From positions 160,001 through 224,000 of the forward strand of contig JBKAGE010000036.1 in assembly GCA_046290225.1 (NCBI GenBank): DNA of 64,000 nucleotides, written 5' to 3'. Origin of the DNA: Bradymonadia bacterium (GTDB taxonomy: Bacteria > Myxococcota_A > Bradymonadia > UBA7976 > UBA1532). This document shows, piece by piece, positions 40,364 through 50,809 of the stretch (within the stretch, counting starts at the first letter, position 1; each line of letters begins with the position of its first letter). The notes below the pieces were generated by a model, which searched no databases, was not told where the DNA came from, and saw nothing but the letters and a program-made list of their open reading frames with translations. The position numbers were made by a program, and so were the translations under genes.

Positions 40364-42111
40364 GTATGGGCTTTACGGCGCCGGCGCCTCACAGTCAAGA
40401 GACCGAGGGCTGCCCACCACCACACGCCCTGTTGAGTCCCCGCAGCTGTGGTGCAGCCACCACCGCCTCCGCCGCCATCGGCCCGCACCACGCCATCAGG
40501 GCCCACACCGCCGTCTCCGCCACCTGGGCCCTCCGGGCTCTCGGGATCATCAGGCATCTCCAGCGGCGGTCGCTCCCCGACGCACTCATAGCCGATGGTG
40601 TCCTGGCGATCAGGGGCACACTGCCCAAAGGTGATGACCTCCAGACACCCCCAACCATCTGGGCAGCAATTCTCCGCGTCACAGTTCCGCGTGCAGTAAC
40701 CTGGATCGACCACCTCCCGGCCGGAGATGACATACTCGACACAGACCAGGCCATCACCACAGATGGGCACCTCCCACGGGCGCTCCGGGTTTACCCAACA
40801 CGCATCGCCCATCTGACGCTGGCCGGCGCTGGGGATCTTCTGACACGCCCGGCCGTTGGGCACGTCGACACAGCGGTAGTCCGCCGGGCACGTGCCCCCA
40901 GGGCAATCGTTGGTGCAATAGGGCACCGTCTGCCCCGCCTCGTTGGTGTTGAGCGGATCTGACAGGCAGAACAGGTCATCACCACAGAGCCCCCGCTCTT
41001 CGGTGCACGGCTCTCCGAAGCCCGGCAGGGGCTCGCCTCCGTTGGGGCCGTCGCCGCGGGCACACACGGTGCCACCGCTGCGCAAGCTGGCGCAGAAGAA
41101 CCCATCGGGGCACATGCCGCCGACACATGGCTGGGAGCAATAGAAGTTCTCACCGTCGTTGATACAGAACAGCCCCTGCTCGCAGCCTACGCCATCACCA
41201 CAGGGCTCGTTGAAACCCGCAGTGGGCGGCGCTGGTGGCTCACCCCGGGCGCACGCCCCCGAGCCGCCGGACAGCTGAGCGCAGTAATAACCGTCAGGAC
41301 ACGTGTCGCTGCCGGGGCTACAGCTCTCGGAGCAATACAGCGCCTGACCGTCGTTGACGCAGAACAGCCCACTGGCGCAAGCCTGGGCGCTGCAATCATC
41401 GCCGAACATCGCCGCGCCAGGGCCACCGCCACCTCCGCCGGGATCATCGGGGATGGGATCAGGGACCTCGCCGCCATTGGGGTAGAGGTCACACGCCCCC
41501 TGAATGTCGTCTGCGCCGAGGGTGCGACCGCTCACGTCGCCGGGCCCCGTGGACGGCCACATGGTGGATCCGGAGACGTTGGTGTGATCGAGGCCCAGGG
41601 CGTGGCCCACCTCGTGGGCGGTGACGCTGGCGATGTCGGTCCGCCGCTCACCGCGACTCGACGAGGCCAGGGCCCCCCAGCTGTGATTCACACCGTTGTA
41701 CTTGATGTCGGTGTCCTGCAGGCGCTCCTGGAAGTCGAAGATCGACGCGGTGATGGCCAGGGCGGCGGCTGAGTCATCCCAACCCGAGTTGCGCCAGCTC
41801 ACCACGTTCTCGCCATCAGCAGAGCCCCAGGCGGTGTTGTCGGTGCGCCCCTCGTAGCGCCACGCCATCTGGCTGCACTCGAGCTCAGTCCAGACATCGT
41901 AGCCTTGTTGAATCGCCGCCAGTGCTTCTGCATCGGAGACCTGATCGTCGAGGCTGCGGTTCACGGTGTAGCCCACGGGCAGATCGGACCGGGTCCAGGT
42001 GGCCCCTGTGGGGTTGTAGGCCGAGGCAGTGCCTCCCAAGGCCATGCTCCCCAAAGTCAGCATGCCCCCGAGGCCCAGCAGCTTCACGACGCGGTGCATA
42101 TGCGTGCTCAT
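40360..42111 (-). CDS. Matrixin (M10-like) zinc metalloprotease with Cys-rich repeats and a MYXO-CTERM-like anchor
   Basis: [11 protein letters not shown] plus Met-turn STMWP; ends GGGGC...[16 protein letters not shown]. Confidence 0.9.
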   Translation of the reverse strand: MSTHMHRVVKLLGLGGMLTLGSMALGGTASAYNPTGATWTRSDLPVGYTVNRSLDDQVSDAEALAAIQQGYDVWTELECSQMAWRYEGRTDNTAWGSADGENVVSWRNSGWDDSAAALAITASIFDFQERLQDTDIKYNGVNHSWGALASSSRGERRTDIASVTAHEVGHALGLDHTNVSGSTMWPSTGPGDVSGRTLGADDIQGACDLYPNGGEVPDPIPDDPGGGGGGPGAAMFGDDCSAQACASGLFCVNDGQALYCSESCSPGSDTCPDGYYCAQLSGGSGACARGEPPAPPTAGFNEPCGDGVGCEQGLFCINDGENFYCSQPCVGGMCPDGFFCASLRSGGTVCARGDGPNGGEPLPGFGEPCTEERGLCGDDLFCLSDPLNTNEAGQTVPYCTNDCPGGTCPADYRCVDVPNGRACQKIPSAGQRQMGDACWVNPERPWEVPICGDGLVCVEYVISGREVVDPGYCTRNCDAENCCPDGWGCLEVITFGQCAPDRQDTIGYECVGERPPLEMPDDPESPEGPGGGDGGVGPDGVVRADGGGGGGGCTTAAGTQQGVWWWAALGLLTVRRRRRKAHT

Positions 42112-42770
42112 CGGATCCTCCTGATGGCTTTCTGCTGGTCAGGGTCGATCCGCTGGACCCCAGGCTGCAGTACGCGGGGGCCGCTGCGGGCGAGAATGCC
42201 CTTGAGCGCGTCGAGCTTCAGGGCGTCACTCTGCTGAGGCACCCCGTCGAAGCGCAATACGTCGTGATGCCTTTGAGGCACTCGGTTGAGATCGCCTACA
42301 GACCGACGCGCAACAGGACCGTCGGCCCCTGGCTCGAGGGTGTAGAGGCCCTGGGCCATGCCCGTGACCACCCATCGGCCCCCGGGGGTCTGCTCCAAGA
42401 ACACCAGCACCTCTTGCTGATCTTTGAAGGCCGCTACGCCGGGCACATGCATCTCGCGACGCGCGGTGCCCGCCCCCACCACACCTCCAGGCTGATCGAG
42501 GGTGAAGACCGGCTCGGCCCACTGACCCTTGAGCACCTCGTCGACCTCGATGCGCACGGTGGTCCTGATCTGGCCCTTGCCGTCGGGCATCTTGGCATCG
42601 TGGGCAACGATCTCTGCCACGTTGCCGGTGATGATGAGCGCCGACCGCTGCACGAGATCGGCCAGCTCGAGTTCGAGCACGGTGGTGGCCTCGGCGGTGG
42701 GCGCGTGACCCACGGCAGCGGCCCCAAGCAGGGCAGCGCACAACGTCAACGCGCGTGGACGGTGGAGCAT
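42108..42770 (-). CDS. Secreted hypothetical protein translationally coupled to the matrixin
   Basis: Signal peptide (AEA/TT); LADLVQRSALIITGNV, VDEVLKG, EVLVFL, GMAQG; ATGA overlap. Confidence 0.75.
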   Translation of the reverse strand: MLHRPRALTLCAALLGAAAVGHAPTAEATTVLELELADLVQRSALIITGNVAEIVAHDAKMPDGKGQIRTTVRIEVDEVLKGQWAEPVFTLDQPGGVVGAGTARREMHVPGVAAFKDQQEVLVFLEQTPGGRWVVTGMAQGLYTLEPGADGPVARRSVGDLNRVPQRHHDVLRFDGVPQQSDALKLDALKGILARSGPRVLQPGVQRIDPDQQKAIRRIR

Positions 42771-42884
42771 GGTGAAGCCTCTCGATTGATGGGCCCGTTG
42801 AGGGATCTGCCTGTTGCTGAATTAGACTGTCGTTTGAGTTCTTAACTTCGAGCTGTCTGTAGGCACAAGTGGAGGCGTCAGAGT

Positions 42885-45800
42885 TTATGCCTCGGGGGGT
42901 AGTGTTTCGGGGGACGGTGTATCTTCTGGCAGTGGCTCGTCGAGGCGGGCCAGCTCCCCGGTGGCCTCGAGACGCTCGAAGAGCGCTCGGGCCTTCTCGC
43001 GGGCGTCTTCGGCCCTCTGTCGATCCCGACGGGACCACAGGCGCCATTGGGCGGCATAGACCTGGCCCAGCTCTACAGATGGCCCCAAGGGCCCCAGGTG
43101 GGCTTCGGCCTCTTTGATGTGCTCGATGGCGCTTGCGCCGTCACCTTGACGATCCCTGATCTCTGCAAGCGCCCTCAGAGCGGCCCCTGCCCTCGCGGCG
43201 TCGCCCTGAGCACGAGACAACTCCAAGGCAGCTTCAGCAGCTTCGACGGCGCCATCCAGCGTACCAGCGGCGAAACGCACGTCGGCGAGGATGCGCCATG
43301 CGTCGGGGAGCAGGTAACCAGGACCACGGCCCGACAAGCACAATTCGATGGCCTCGAGCAGGCGGGTTTCGGCCTCCTCGACCTCACCGAGTACGAGCAG
43401 GACCTCACTGAGGTTGGCGTATCCAACAGCGAGGCCTGCGTCGCCCGAGAGCGCCTTGATGCGGATCGACTCCAGCAAATAGTCCCGGGCCCGGGTGTAG
43501 TCTCCCTGGGTCCAGGCGAGGGTACCGAGGTTGTTGTAAGAGCGGGCGAGGCCCGGCCGATCCCCAAGGGCAGCCTTGAGCCTGAGGGCCCGCTGATGAT
43601 GAGCGGCGGCCTCCTGGTAACGCCCGTGCTCTTCAGCGAGGATCCCCAGATTGTTGTGGGTCTTGGCCTGCCACTGCTCCTCACCGGCGTCTTCGAACGC
43701 CACGAGGGCGCACCGGTATTGCTGATCTGCCAGGGCGGGATCACCCATAGCGTTGGCCACCACCCCGCGAACGTTGTGGACTGTCCCTGCGAGCCTCAAG
43801 ACCTCTCGTGCCATCCCCGGTGGGGTCGGCGTCGGCAAATGCCGCCGCACGTCGTGGAGCAGATCGAGCAGCATGAGGAGGGTCTCGGATGCCTCTGCGT
43901 ATCCACCCTGAAAATAGCTGCGCCACGCCTGGTCACGCTCGATGGCTGCACGGGCGAGCACCAGCTCCGGGGCGCCTTGTGGCCCGGCCTCCGCAACGCA
44001 GTCATGGGCTGTGGTGAGCAGCTCCGCCTTCCGAGCAGGGTCATCCTCCAACCACGCTCGACGCCGCCAGCGCTCCGCCCGCACGGCTGCAGGCGCTTTG
44101 GCATCACGGGCCAGGGCTGCGTCGAGGAGCCCCAGCGCCCGGCCCCGATCGCCCGCCCCCATGACCAGCTCGCTGAGCAGGACCTCCACCTCGGCGCGCT
44201 CGGCGACGGTCAAGGCCTCGGGGGCCGCATCATCCGCGGTGATGCAAGCCTCCAAGGCCCGCGTCGCCTCGCCCATGGCCCGAGCGTCCACGGCGAGATG
44301 CCCCGCCTTGGACCACGCCGCCGCAGCGCGGCCATGATCACCCGCGGCGTCAAAGTGCTGGCCAACACGGGGCCAGATGTCGGGGCCCTGGTGCTCGATC
44401 TCTTCTGACAGCCACAGCGCGGCGCGGCCATGCCAGGCTCTACGGCTCGCACCTGTGAGGCTGCTGTGGAGCACCTCTTGAATCAATCCGTGCTGGAACG
44501 CCCACGCAGTCATGCCAGGCTGGCTCGCTTCGAGCCTGGGCGTGATGAAGCGCTGGCGCTGGAGCTCGACGAGGGCCTCTCCGACTCCATGACCGAGCAG
44601 CCGCTCTACAGCCTCCTTCCAGAAAGTGCGCCCGAGGATGGAGGCTCCGCGGAGCACCTGCTGCTGGTCTGCTGGCAAACGATCGACCCGGGCGAGGATC
44701 ACCCCCTCCACGGTGAGAGGCAGCGCGGCGTCGTCACCCTGACGGTCCCGCTCCACGAAGGCCAGCTCGCGAATGAAGAGCGGGTTGCCTTCTGCCCGGG
44801 TGAGCAGCGCCGTCAGCGCCGGCCCCTCCAAGGGCAGAATCGTCCGGGCCACCGCTTCGGCGGCACGCCGTTCCAAGGGGCCGAGCTCTACGGTGACGTG
44901 GCCCGGACGCACCCGCTCGGGCCCTTGTCGCGCCATCCACTCTGGCCGCGCGGTGACCACCACCAGCACCTGAGACAACCCCAGACCCAACTCGTCGATG
45001 ACTGCCAGGCCTTCGGGGCCCATCCAGTGGGCATCTTCGATGACCACCATCACCGGCGTGCGTCGCGCCACCCCCTCGATGACTCGGCGAAAGGTCGCCG
45101 GCAGTACACCTGGGGCCGTGAGCTCACCGCCACCCACCTGGCCCACGCCGAGCACCGCGCTCAGCACCCCGAGTCGGTCCATGAGAGCGGGGCCACGCTC
45201 CATGGGCCGGTGGGCGAGCAGGGCATCGATGGATGCGATGCCACCTTCGATGGGGCTGTCCCCTTCAGCGTCCAGTCCGCGGAGCAAACGCCTCAGTGCA
45301 TGACGTTTCTCCTCTGCAGAGTCTGTAGGGCTGACCTCGGCGAGGGCACACAGCACCTCGGCGAGGGCGGTGAGATCAGAGCCCTCACCCAGGGTGGGGT
45401 TGTGACCCCGAGCCACCAGGCACCGATGGCCCACCCGTTCGATGAGAGCATCCACCAGGCGGGTCTTGCCCATGCCTGCAGGCCCGAGCACGGTGATGGC
45501 CCCCTGCCCTGCGCCCTCGAAGACACCCGTGGCCACCTCCACCATGTGGCCCAGCTCCACCGAGCGCCCGATGAGTGGTGCATCCACCGAGATGCGCGGC
45601 GCCTGCACAGCTGCGATCCGACCGACGCTGTGGAGGACATGCAGCCCCTCAGGCAGCGCCCAGACCTGGGCCTCGGCGTGCAGCAGGCCGGGCCCCGTGA
45701 TGACACCCTCGTGCTCGGTCACGGCCCCTGACTCCACCACCACAGTGGCCGTAGACCACGTCTTCGCAAAGCCTTCTGCGGCCTTCAGCGCCCTGCTGCT

Positions 45801-47051
45801 GTCGTTCTCGAAACTGATGGGCCAGCCGAAGAGTGCCCCGTCGACGACCCCGTGCTGAGGCAACGCGGTGCCCCCGAGACGATCGACCTGCTCGAGGAAC
45901 GTCCGTCTGAGAGCGCTGCGCCAGCGGGCCATCGGCTCTGCCTCGGTGAGATCAGAGGGGCTGCGATGCTTCACCATCACCACAGCGGCCCGCCGCACCC
46001 CGGGCGTCGGACCCTGTTGGGCAGTCTCTGCAACCTTGAAGTAGGCGTCGAGCGGGTGACCCAGCAGCCGATAGGCCGCCCATACGGGCCAACCCTCGCC
46101 ATGAGCCTTCACCCGCGCTTGCCGCAAGGCCTCGCCCACGGTCTCGCCGGTCCAGAGCGCTTCATAGAACCAACGTGCAAAGTCGGCCCCGGGCAGGTCG
46201 GGGAGATCGACCACCGTGCCGATCCAATGACGAATCCCAGTGCGCAAGAGCTCCGAGACGAGCCCGCCATCTTCGGAGCGACAGGCGTTGGCGAAGACCA
46301 GTGAGGGCGCGCCCTGACCCCCGAGAGGTTGCACATGGGCCTCGGTGAGGTGGCCGTCGCCGAACCGCCACCCTCCAGGCTGCGGATCGTGGTGCCCGGC
46401 GAAGTGCAGCAGATGATAACCGCGGAACACCCGCTGGGCGTCGGCGACGGCCATATGCCCGCCGCGCAGATCACATTGCACGCCCCCACGCTCGGCGCTC
46501 AAACGCATCAACGCCTCCCCCTCCACCCGAGCGGCAGGCAGGTCGCCGGCTGGATCGGCGATGACCAGCATGCGGTGGCCAGAGTGGGTACTCTGAGCAG
46601 GCTCCAGCCTCAGCTCGCCCCCCCGGAGCCGCGCACCGAGGGCGAAGCGCAGACCCAGTGGGGCGACCCCGTCGTGCAGGAGCGGCCAGGGCCAGGCGCT
46701 CAGTGTGTCATCAGTGACGAGGGTGAGGGCGGCGTGGTGCTGCCCCCATCGCCGGAGGGCTGACTTGACCTGTGGGGGCAACATCAAGTCGAAGAGAATG
46801 CGTCCGTGGGCCGTGAGGGCCTCGGGGATCTGCCGGCCTCGCGCCCCGCTCTGACGCATCCAGCGCTTGAGCGTGCGGCCGAGGGCGCGCCGTTCACCTT
46901 GCAAACGCTCTGTATCCACAGCGTGACGGCCCACCCAGACCCTGGGGCCATGACGCCCGTCTCTCTGGGTGGTGGAGAGCCGACACACAACGGTGTCGGC
47001 GCCTTCGAAGGCCACGTCGAGTTCGATATGCAGCGGACCGTCTCCCATCAC
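42885..47051 (-). CDS. CHAT (caspase-like) protease, degenerate class III cyclase-like domain, STAND/AAA ATPase and TPR
   Basis: HFAGH and FANAC dyad; GALFGWP..ENDSSRA; GPAGMGKT; IEDAHW; TPRs HNNLG, YNNLG. Confidence 0.9.
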   Translation of the reverse strand: MMGDGPLHIELDVAFEGADTVVCRLSTTQRDGRHGPRVWVGRHAVDTERLQGERRALGRTLKRWMRQSGARGRQIPEALTAHGRILFDLMLPPQVKSALRRWGQHHAALTLVTDDTLSAWPWPLLHDGVAPLGLRFALGARLRGGELRLEPAQSTHSGHRMLVIADPAGDLPAARVEGEALMRLSAERGGVQCDLRGGHMAVADAQRVFRGYHLLHFAGHHDPQPGGWRFGDGHLTEAHVQPLGGQGAPSLVFANACRSEDGGLVSELLRTGIRHWIGTVVDLPDLPGADFARWFYEALWTGETVGEALRQARVKAHGEGWPVWAAYRLLGHPLDAYFKVAETAQQGPTPGVRRAAVVMVKHRSPSDLTEAEPMARWRSALRRTFLEQVDRLGGTALPQHGVVDGALFGWPISFENDSSRALKAAEGFAKTWSTATVVVESGAVTEHEGVITGPGLLHAEAQVWALPEGLHVLHSVGRIAAVQAPRISVDAPLIGRSVELGHMVEVATGVFEGAGQGAITVLGPAGMGKTRLVDALIERVGHRCLVARGHNPTLGEGSDLTALAEVLCALAEVSPTDSAEEKRHALRRLLRGLDAEGDSPIEGGIASIDALLAHRPMERGPALMDRLGVLSAVLGVGQVGGGELTAPGVLPATFRRVIEGVARRTPVMVVIEDAHWMGPEGLAVIDELGLGLSQVLVVVTARPEWMARQGPERVRPGHVTVELGPLERRAAEAVARTILPLEGPALTALLTRAEGNPLFIRELAFVERDRQGDDAALPLTVEGVILARVDRLPADQQQVLRGASILGRTFWKEAVERLLGHGVGEALVELQRQRFITPRLEASQPGMTAWAFQHGLIQEVLHSSLTGASRRAWHGRAALWLSEEIEHQGPDIWPRVGQHFDAAGDHGRAAAAWSKAGHLAVDARAMGEATRALEACITADDAAPEALTVAERAEVEVLLSELVMGAGDRGRALGLLDAALARDAKAPAAVRAERWRRRAWLEDDPARKAELLTTAHDCVAEAGPQGAPELVLARAAIERDQAWRSYFQGGYAEASETLLMLLDLLHDVRRHLPTPTPPGMAREVLRLAGTVHNVRGVVANAMGDPALADQQYRCALVAFEDAGEEQWQAKTHNNLGILAEEHGRYQEAAAHHQRALRLKAALGDRPGLARSYNNLGTLAWTQGDYTRARDYLLESIRIKALSGDAGLAVGYANLSEVLLVLGEVEEAETRLLEAIELCLSGRGPGYLLPDAWRILADVRFAAGTLDGAVEAAEAALELSRAQGDAARAGAALRALAEIRDRQGDGASAIEHIKEAEAHLGPLGPSVELGQVYAAQWRLWSRRDRQRAEDAREKARALFERLEATGELARLDEPLPEDTPSPETLPPEA

Positions 47052-47186
47052 CGGCGTGTGTTACCACGGCCCTGGAGGCCGAGGCCAACGGATGTGGCAT
47101 CGATCTCGCGGAACCGGTGTAAGGTGTGCGCCGTGGGGCCGTCTGGTCCTGGCCTGACTTCAGTCGTCGCGAGGTACGAGAGTCAA

Positions 47187-48734
47187 ATGAGCAGGTGGCG
47201 CAAGTTCGAGGGCCGACCCCGAGGGGTGCTGGCGAGTGTACTGGTCCTGGTCCTGGTCCTGGGCTGTGGCATCACCCGCGAGCCCGAGGGCAACACAGGT
47301 GGTGCTGGTGGTGGCTTCGGCGGTGCAGGGGCTGAAGGCGGCGCCGGTGGCCAAGGCGGTGCCGGTGGCGAAGCTGGCTTCGGTGGTCAAGTGGGCGGTG
47401 CAGGTGGCGGCGGTGGCGCTGGCGGTGAGGCCGGCGGTGGCGGCGCGCCTGGTGGTGCCGGAGGCGGCATGGGTGGCGGTGGCGGCGCTGGCGGCTTCCC
47501 CGGTGGCATGGGCGGAGGCGGTGGCATCGTGCCGGACATCTGCTCTCAGTTGTGCCAGGGCGTGGTGCCGTGCCTTGTAGATGGAGATCCACCCATCTGC
47601 CCCGATTTGGACCTCGAAGATCCCGAGGGACGCATGCAAGCACAGGACGGCTGTGTCGCTGCCTGCGAGACACGGCCCGACCTTTTCGAGGACGCACCAG
47701 AGGTATCGTGTGAGGTCATCCTCGACCAGATGCTGCGCACGACGCCGGCATTCGGCGCGGTCTGTGGCCCGGACCTCTACACACCCTGCCCCGATGACGT
47801 ACCTCTCCTCGAAGGGGTCGTCGACGAGCACACCTTGTCGGTCGTCGACGACACCCTCGGGGGCACCACAACCCATTCCGGTACCTGTGGTGGTGTGGGG
47901 CCAGAGCTGATGTACCGGTTCGAGGCCCCTGTTCCAGGCCTCTGGGACTTCTTCCTCGAAACCGAAGCCCCGGAAAACGCACCCGATGCGGTCCTCCATC
48001 TGCGCTCGCTCTGCGATGTCCGTCCCACGGAGCTCGCTTGCAGCGCCGACACCCCAGATGGTCGCGCCGCGGTGCGCATGCGGCTCGAGGGCGATGCATC
48101 TGTCTTCGTGTTCGTCGACTCACTGACCCCCGAGGGCGGCCCCTTCACCCTCACCATCCGGCGCGTCGAGGAGATCCCTGAAGGCCAGCCCTGCGAAGTG
48201 GCCTCTGTGGAGCATGTCTGTGTCGAAGGGCTGCTGTGCCTGCCGTCGCTGATGGAAGATGGCTCTGTCTGCCGATTGCCCGCGCCCCCTCTCGTGGAGA
48301 TGGGGGAGGCCTTCTACAACACCGCGACTGGTGGCTTCGGCGCTCGGCTGACAGCCCACGCGGAAGCCCCTCTGACGGGGTATCGCTATACCCTCCTCGA
48401 TCCCGAGCAAGTGCCCATCGCCACTGAGAGCGGCCAGGGGCCTTTCGTCACTGAGGGCTTCCACATGGTGAGCCGTCCAGATCCCATGGGCCCCTACGCC
48501 CTCACGCTCCTGGAGACGTTGCCTGCGCAGCTCGAGGGACTGGCCACTGTGCGGCTGCAGCTCCTCGACACCTTTGGGGCTGAGGGCCTGGAGATCGATC
48601 TCCCCGTGCAGCCCTCCCTCGTCGCCGACTCTGGCGGTGCGTGTGATCCCGACGGGATCTTCACCCTCTGCCCTGAGGGTGAGCGATGTGCAGTCGAGGT
48701 CGAGCCCCCCACCTGCACACCCGTGGAGGAGTGA
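47187..48734 (+). CDS. Lipoprotein with Gly-rich linker and Cys-rich/PPC-like domains
   Basis: Lipobox VLGC; GTCGGVGPELMYRF..DAVLHLRSLC..ELAC; start chosen to avoid overlap with the CHAT gene. Confidence 0.75.
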   Translation: MSRWRKFEGRPRGVLASVLVLVLVLGCGITREPEGNTGGAGGGFGGAGAEGGAGGQGGAGGEAGFGGQVGGAGGGGGAGGEAGGGGAPGGAGGGMGGGGGAGGFPGGMGGGGGIVPDICSQLCQGVVPCLVDGDPPICPDLDLEDPEGRMQAQDGCVAACETRPDLFEDAPEVSCEVILDQMLRTTPAFGAVCGPDLYTPCPDDVPLLEGVVDEHTLSVVDDTLGGTTTHSGTCGGVGPELMYRFEAPVPGLWDFFLETEAPENAPDAVLHLRSLCDVRPTELACSADTPDGRAAVRMRLEGDASVFVFVDSLTPEGGPFTLTIRRVEEIPEGQPCEVASVEHVCVEGLLCLPSLMEDGSVCRLPAPPLVEMGEAFYNTATGGFGARLTAHAEAPLTGYRYTLLDPEQVPIATESGQGPFVTEGFHMVSRPDPMGPYALTLLETLPAQLEGLATVRLQLLDTFGAEGLEIDLPVQPSLVADSGGACDPDGIFTLCPEGERCAVEVEPPTCTPVEE

Positions 48735-49267
48735 TGAGACGCCCCTTTCACGCATATCTACGCTGGCTGACATATGCCTCTGCGCTCACGCTGACTCTGG
48801 CCACGGTCGTGCCCGGGTGCGGCATCACTCGAGAGCCCGAGGGTCAGAGTGACGCCGACGGCGGCTTCGCTGGTGGTGGAGGCGCTGGCGGCGGTGCCGC
48901 AGGTGCTGGTGGTGGCGCTGCGGGTGCTGGCGGCGGCGTCGGAGGTGCTGGTGGGGGGATGCAGGGCCGAGACGCATTTATCCCTGAGATGGACGCGTTC
49001 ATCGCCCCTGATGCCCTGATTGGCGAAGACGCTGGACTGCCGGACGCAGATCTCCCTGATGGCGAATTTGCCGATGGGGGCTTCCTGGACGGCGATCTCC
49101 CTGATGGAGAGATCGAAGACGGCGGTCTCTTCGACGGTGATCTCCCCGACGAGGGCTGGCTCGACGGCGATTTGCCCGACGGTGATCTCGCAGACGGTGA
49201 GCTGAGCCTCGATGCAGATCTTGATTCCGACTCGGGCATCATGCTCGATGACGCTGAGGCCCCCTGA
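48734..49267 (+). CDS. Small lipoprotein, Gly-rich linker with acidic DG(D/E)LP pentapeptide repeats
   Basis: GGAGGA RBS, TGATG overlap, VPGC lipobox-like site. Confidence 0.7.
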   Translation: MRRPFHAYLRWLTYASALTLTLATVVPGCGITREPEGQSDADGGFAGGGGAGGGAAGAGGGAAGAGGGVGGAGGGMQGRDAFIPEMDAFIAPDALIGEDAGLPDADLPDGEFADGGFLDGDLPDGEIEDGGLFDGDLPDEGWLDGDLPDGDLADGELSLDADLDSDSGIMLDDAEAP

Positions 49268-49299
49268 TCGCTGGGGGCGCCACAGTCTGTCCGGAGATC

Positions 49300-49929
49300 A
49301 TGACTGCCCCCGACGATCACACCCTGCTCCTCCGCTGCATCGACGGCGACGGCGACGCCTGGCATCTGCTGGTGGGGCGCTTCACCCGCTATGTCTATCA
49401 CCTCATCCGTGCGACGGCGCATCGCTACAACGCGGCGCTCTCCGAGGCCGCTGTCGCTGACTTGCACAATGATTTGTTCCTGGCCCTGCTGGAGGACGAT
49501 CGGCGCCGCCTGAGAGCCTACGAGGGTAAGAACGGCTGCTCGGTCCGCAGCTGGATCCGCATCATCACGATCCGCCGCACCCTCGACCATCTGCGCCGTC
49601 AAAAGCCCACGTTGAGCCTCGACGCCCTCACAGATGACTCGGAGGACCGCGCCACCATGCCCGAGCCGGTCGATCCGGGGCCTGATCCTCTGGAACACCT
49701 CATCGAGCAGGGGGCTCAACGCCGACGAGAGGCCCTCGGGGACATCGCCTCGGCGTTGAGCGACGCTGATCGCTTGCTGCTGTCGCTCATCTACGAGCGT
49801 CAAATGCCGGCGCCACAGATCGCCGCCCTGCTCCGGGTGAAGGTGGGGGCGGTCTATACGCGAAAGAACCGCCTCATCGCCCGCCTGAGACGCCTCGCAG
49901 AGGCAGGAGGATGGCTCGATGAAGCTTGA
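49300..49929 (+). CDS. ECF-type RNA polymerase sigma-70 factor
   Basis: Region 2 (DLHNDLFL...SWIRIITIRRTLDHLR) and region 4 HTH (QIAALLRVKVGAVYTRKNR). Confidence 0.92.
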   Translation: MTAPDDHTLLLRCIDGDGDAWHLLVGRFTRYVYHLIRATAHRYNAALSEAAVADLHNDLFLALLEDDRRRLRAYEGKNGCSVRSWIRIITIRRTLDHLRRQKPTLSLDALTDDSEDRATMPEPVDPGPDPLEHLIEQGAQRRREALGDIASALSDADRLLLSLIYERQMPAPQIAALLRVKVGAVYTRKNRLIARLRRLAEAGGWLDEA

Positions 49930-50001
49930 GTGTAAGGCTTGTCTCTTTCTGACGTCCGGTGCACCCAAGTCATCTGACACAGCTTCGGAAAGGAGAGGAT
50001 C

Positions 50002-50676
50002 ATGAGCCACCATCGTCTGTCCGACGAGATCCTGGCGCTCTATCTCGAGGGCCGCCTCGACGGCCCCGAGCTCGACGCGGTGCACCGTGCGCTCGCGGCG
50101 GATCCAGCTCTTCAAGAGGAGCTGCTCCTCCTCGCAGGTGTGGTCGACGTGGAGCCCTCTCTCGACTTCACCCCCTCTGAGGCCATGGTGGCTTCTTTGT
50201 CGAAGAGCGCCACCGATCTGTGGGCGAAGATGGTGCCTTCGACGACACAGGTGAAGTCCGACGCCCTGCTCTCGGTGGCGATCCGCTGGCTCGGGGACTG
50301 CCTAGCTCCTCTGGCGGAGGCGCTTCAGCCCCTGACGCTGCAGACGGCCATGGTCCGGGGTGCGGCTCAGCCTCAAGGGGCTGACGAGCTCCGGTATCAC
50401 GTGACGCTCGCTGATTTGCCTCTGGAGATCGATCTGGCCTCTGAGGGCCCTGGTCGAGCCTCTCTCTTCGTCCGCCCCCTCTCGCCTCCACCGACGGGTC
50501 TGATGATCCGCCTGGCCCTGGGCGGTGAGACCCGAGCGATGAGCCTGCTTTCGGCGGAGGGTGCGTCGATGGACTCGCTGATGCCCGGGGCGTATGAGCT
50601 TATTTTAGAGCAATCAAATCAACCTGTTGCACGCTTGGAGATGTGTTTGTTCGCAGAAGATGATTCGAATGCTTGA
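50002..50676 (+). CDS. Putative soluble anti-sigma factor
   Basis: N-terminal LSDEILALYLEGRL..E...V...L resembles an anti-sigma domain without Zn ligands; beta-rich C-terminus (LMPGAYEL); no transmembrane segment; follows the ECF gene. Confidence 0.7.
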   Translation: MSHHRLSDEILALYLEGRLDGPELDAVHRALAADPALQEELLLLAGVVDVEPSLDFTPSEAMVASLSKSATDLWAKMVPSTTQVKSDALLSVAIRWLGDCLAPLAEALQPLTLQTAMVRGAAQPQGADELRYHVTLADLPLEIDLASEGPGRASLFVRPLSPPPTGLMIRLALGGETRAMSLLSAEGASMDSLMPGAYELILEQSNQPVARLEMCLFAEDDSNA

Positions 50677-50703
50677 CAGCCCCCCCAGTTGGGTGGCAAT
50701 TTC
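50673..50703 (+). promoter_or_regulatory. Possible sigma70 promoter for tRNA-Phe
   Basis: TTGACA at 50673, weak -10 (GCAATTT) about 17 nt downstream. Confidence 0.45.
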
Positions 50704-50720
50704 CCGCGCACCAACGAGAC

Positions 50721-50793
<73 letters not shown>

Positions 50794-50809
50794 CCGAAGC
50801 GCTTTCACG

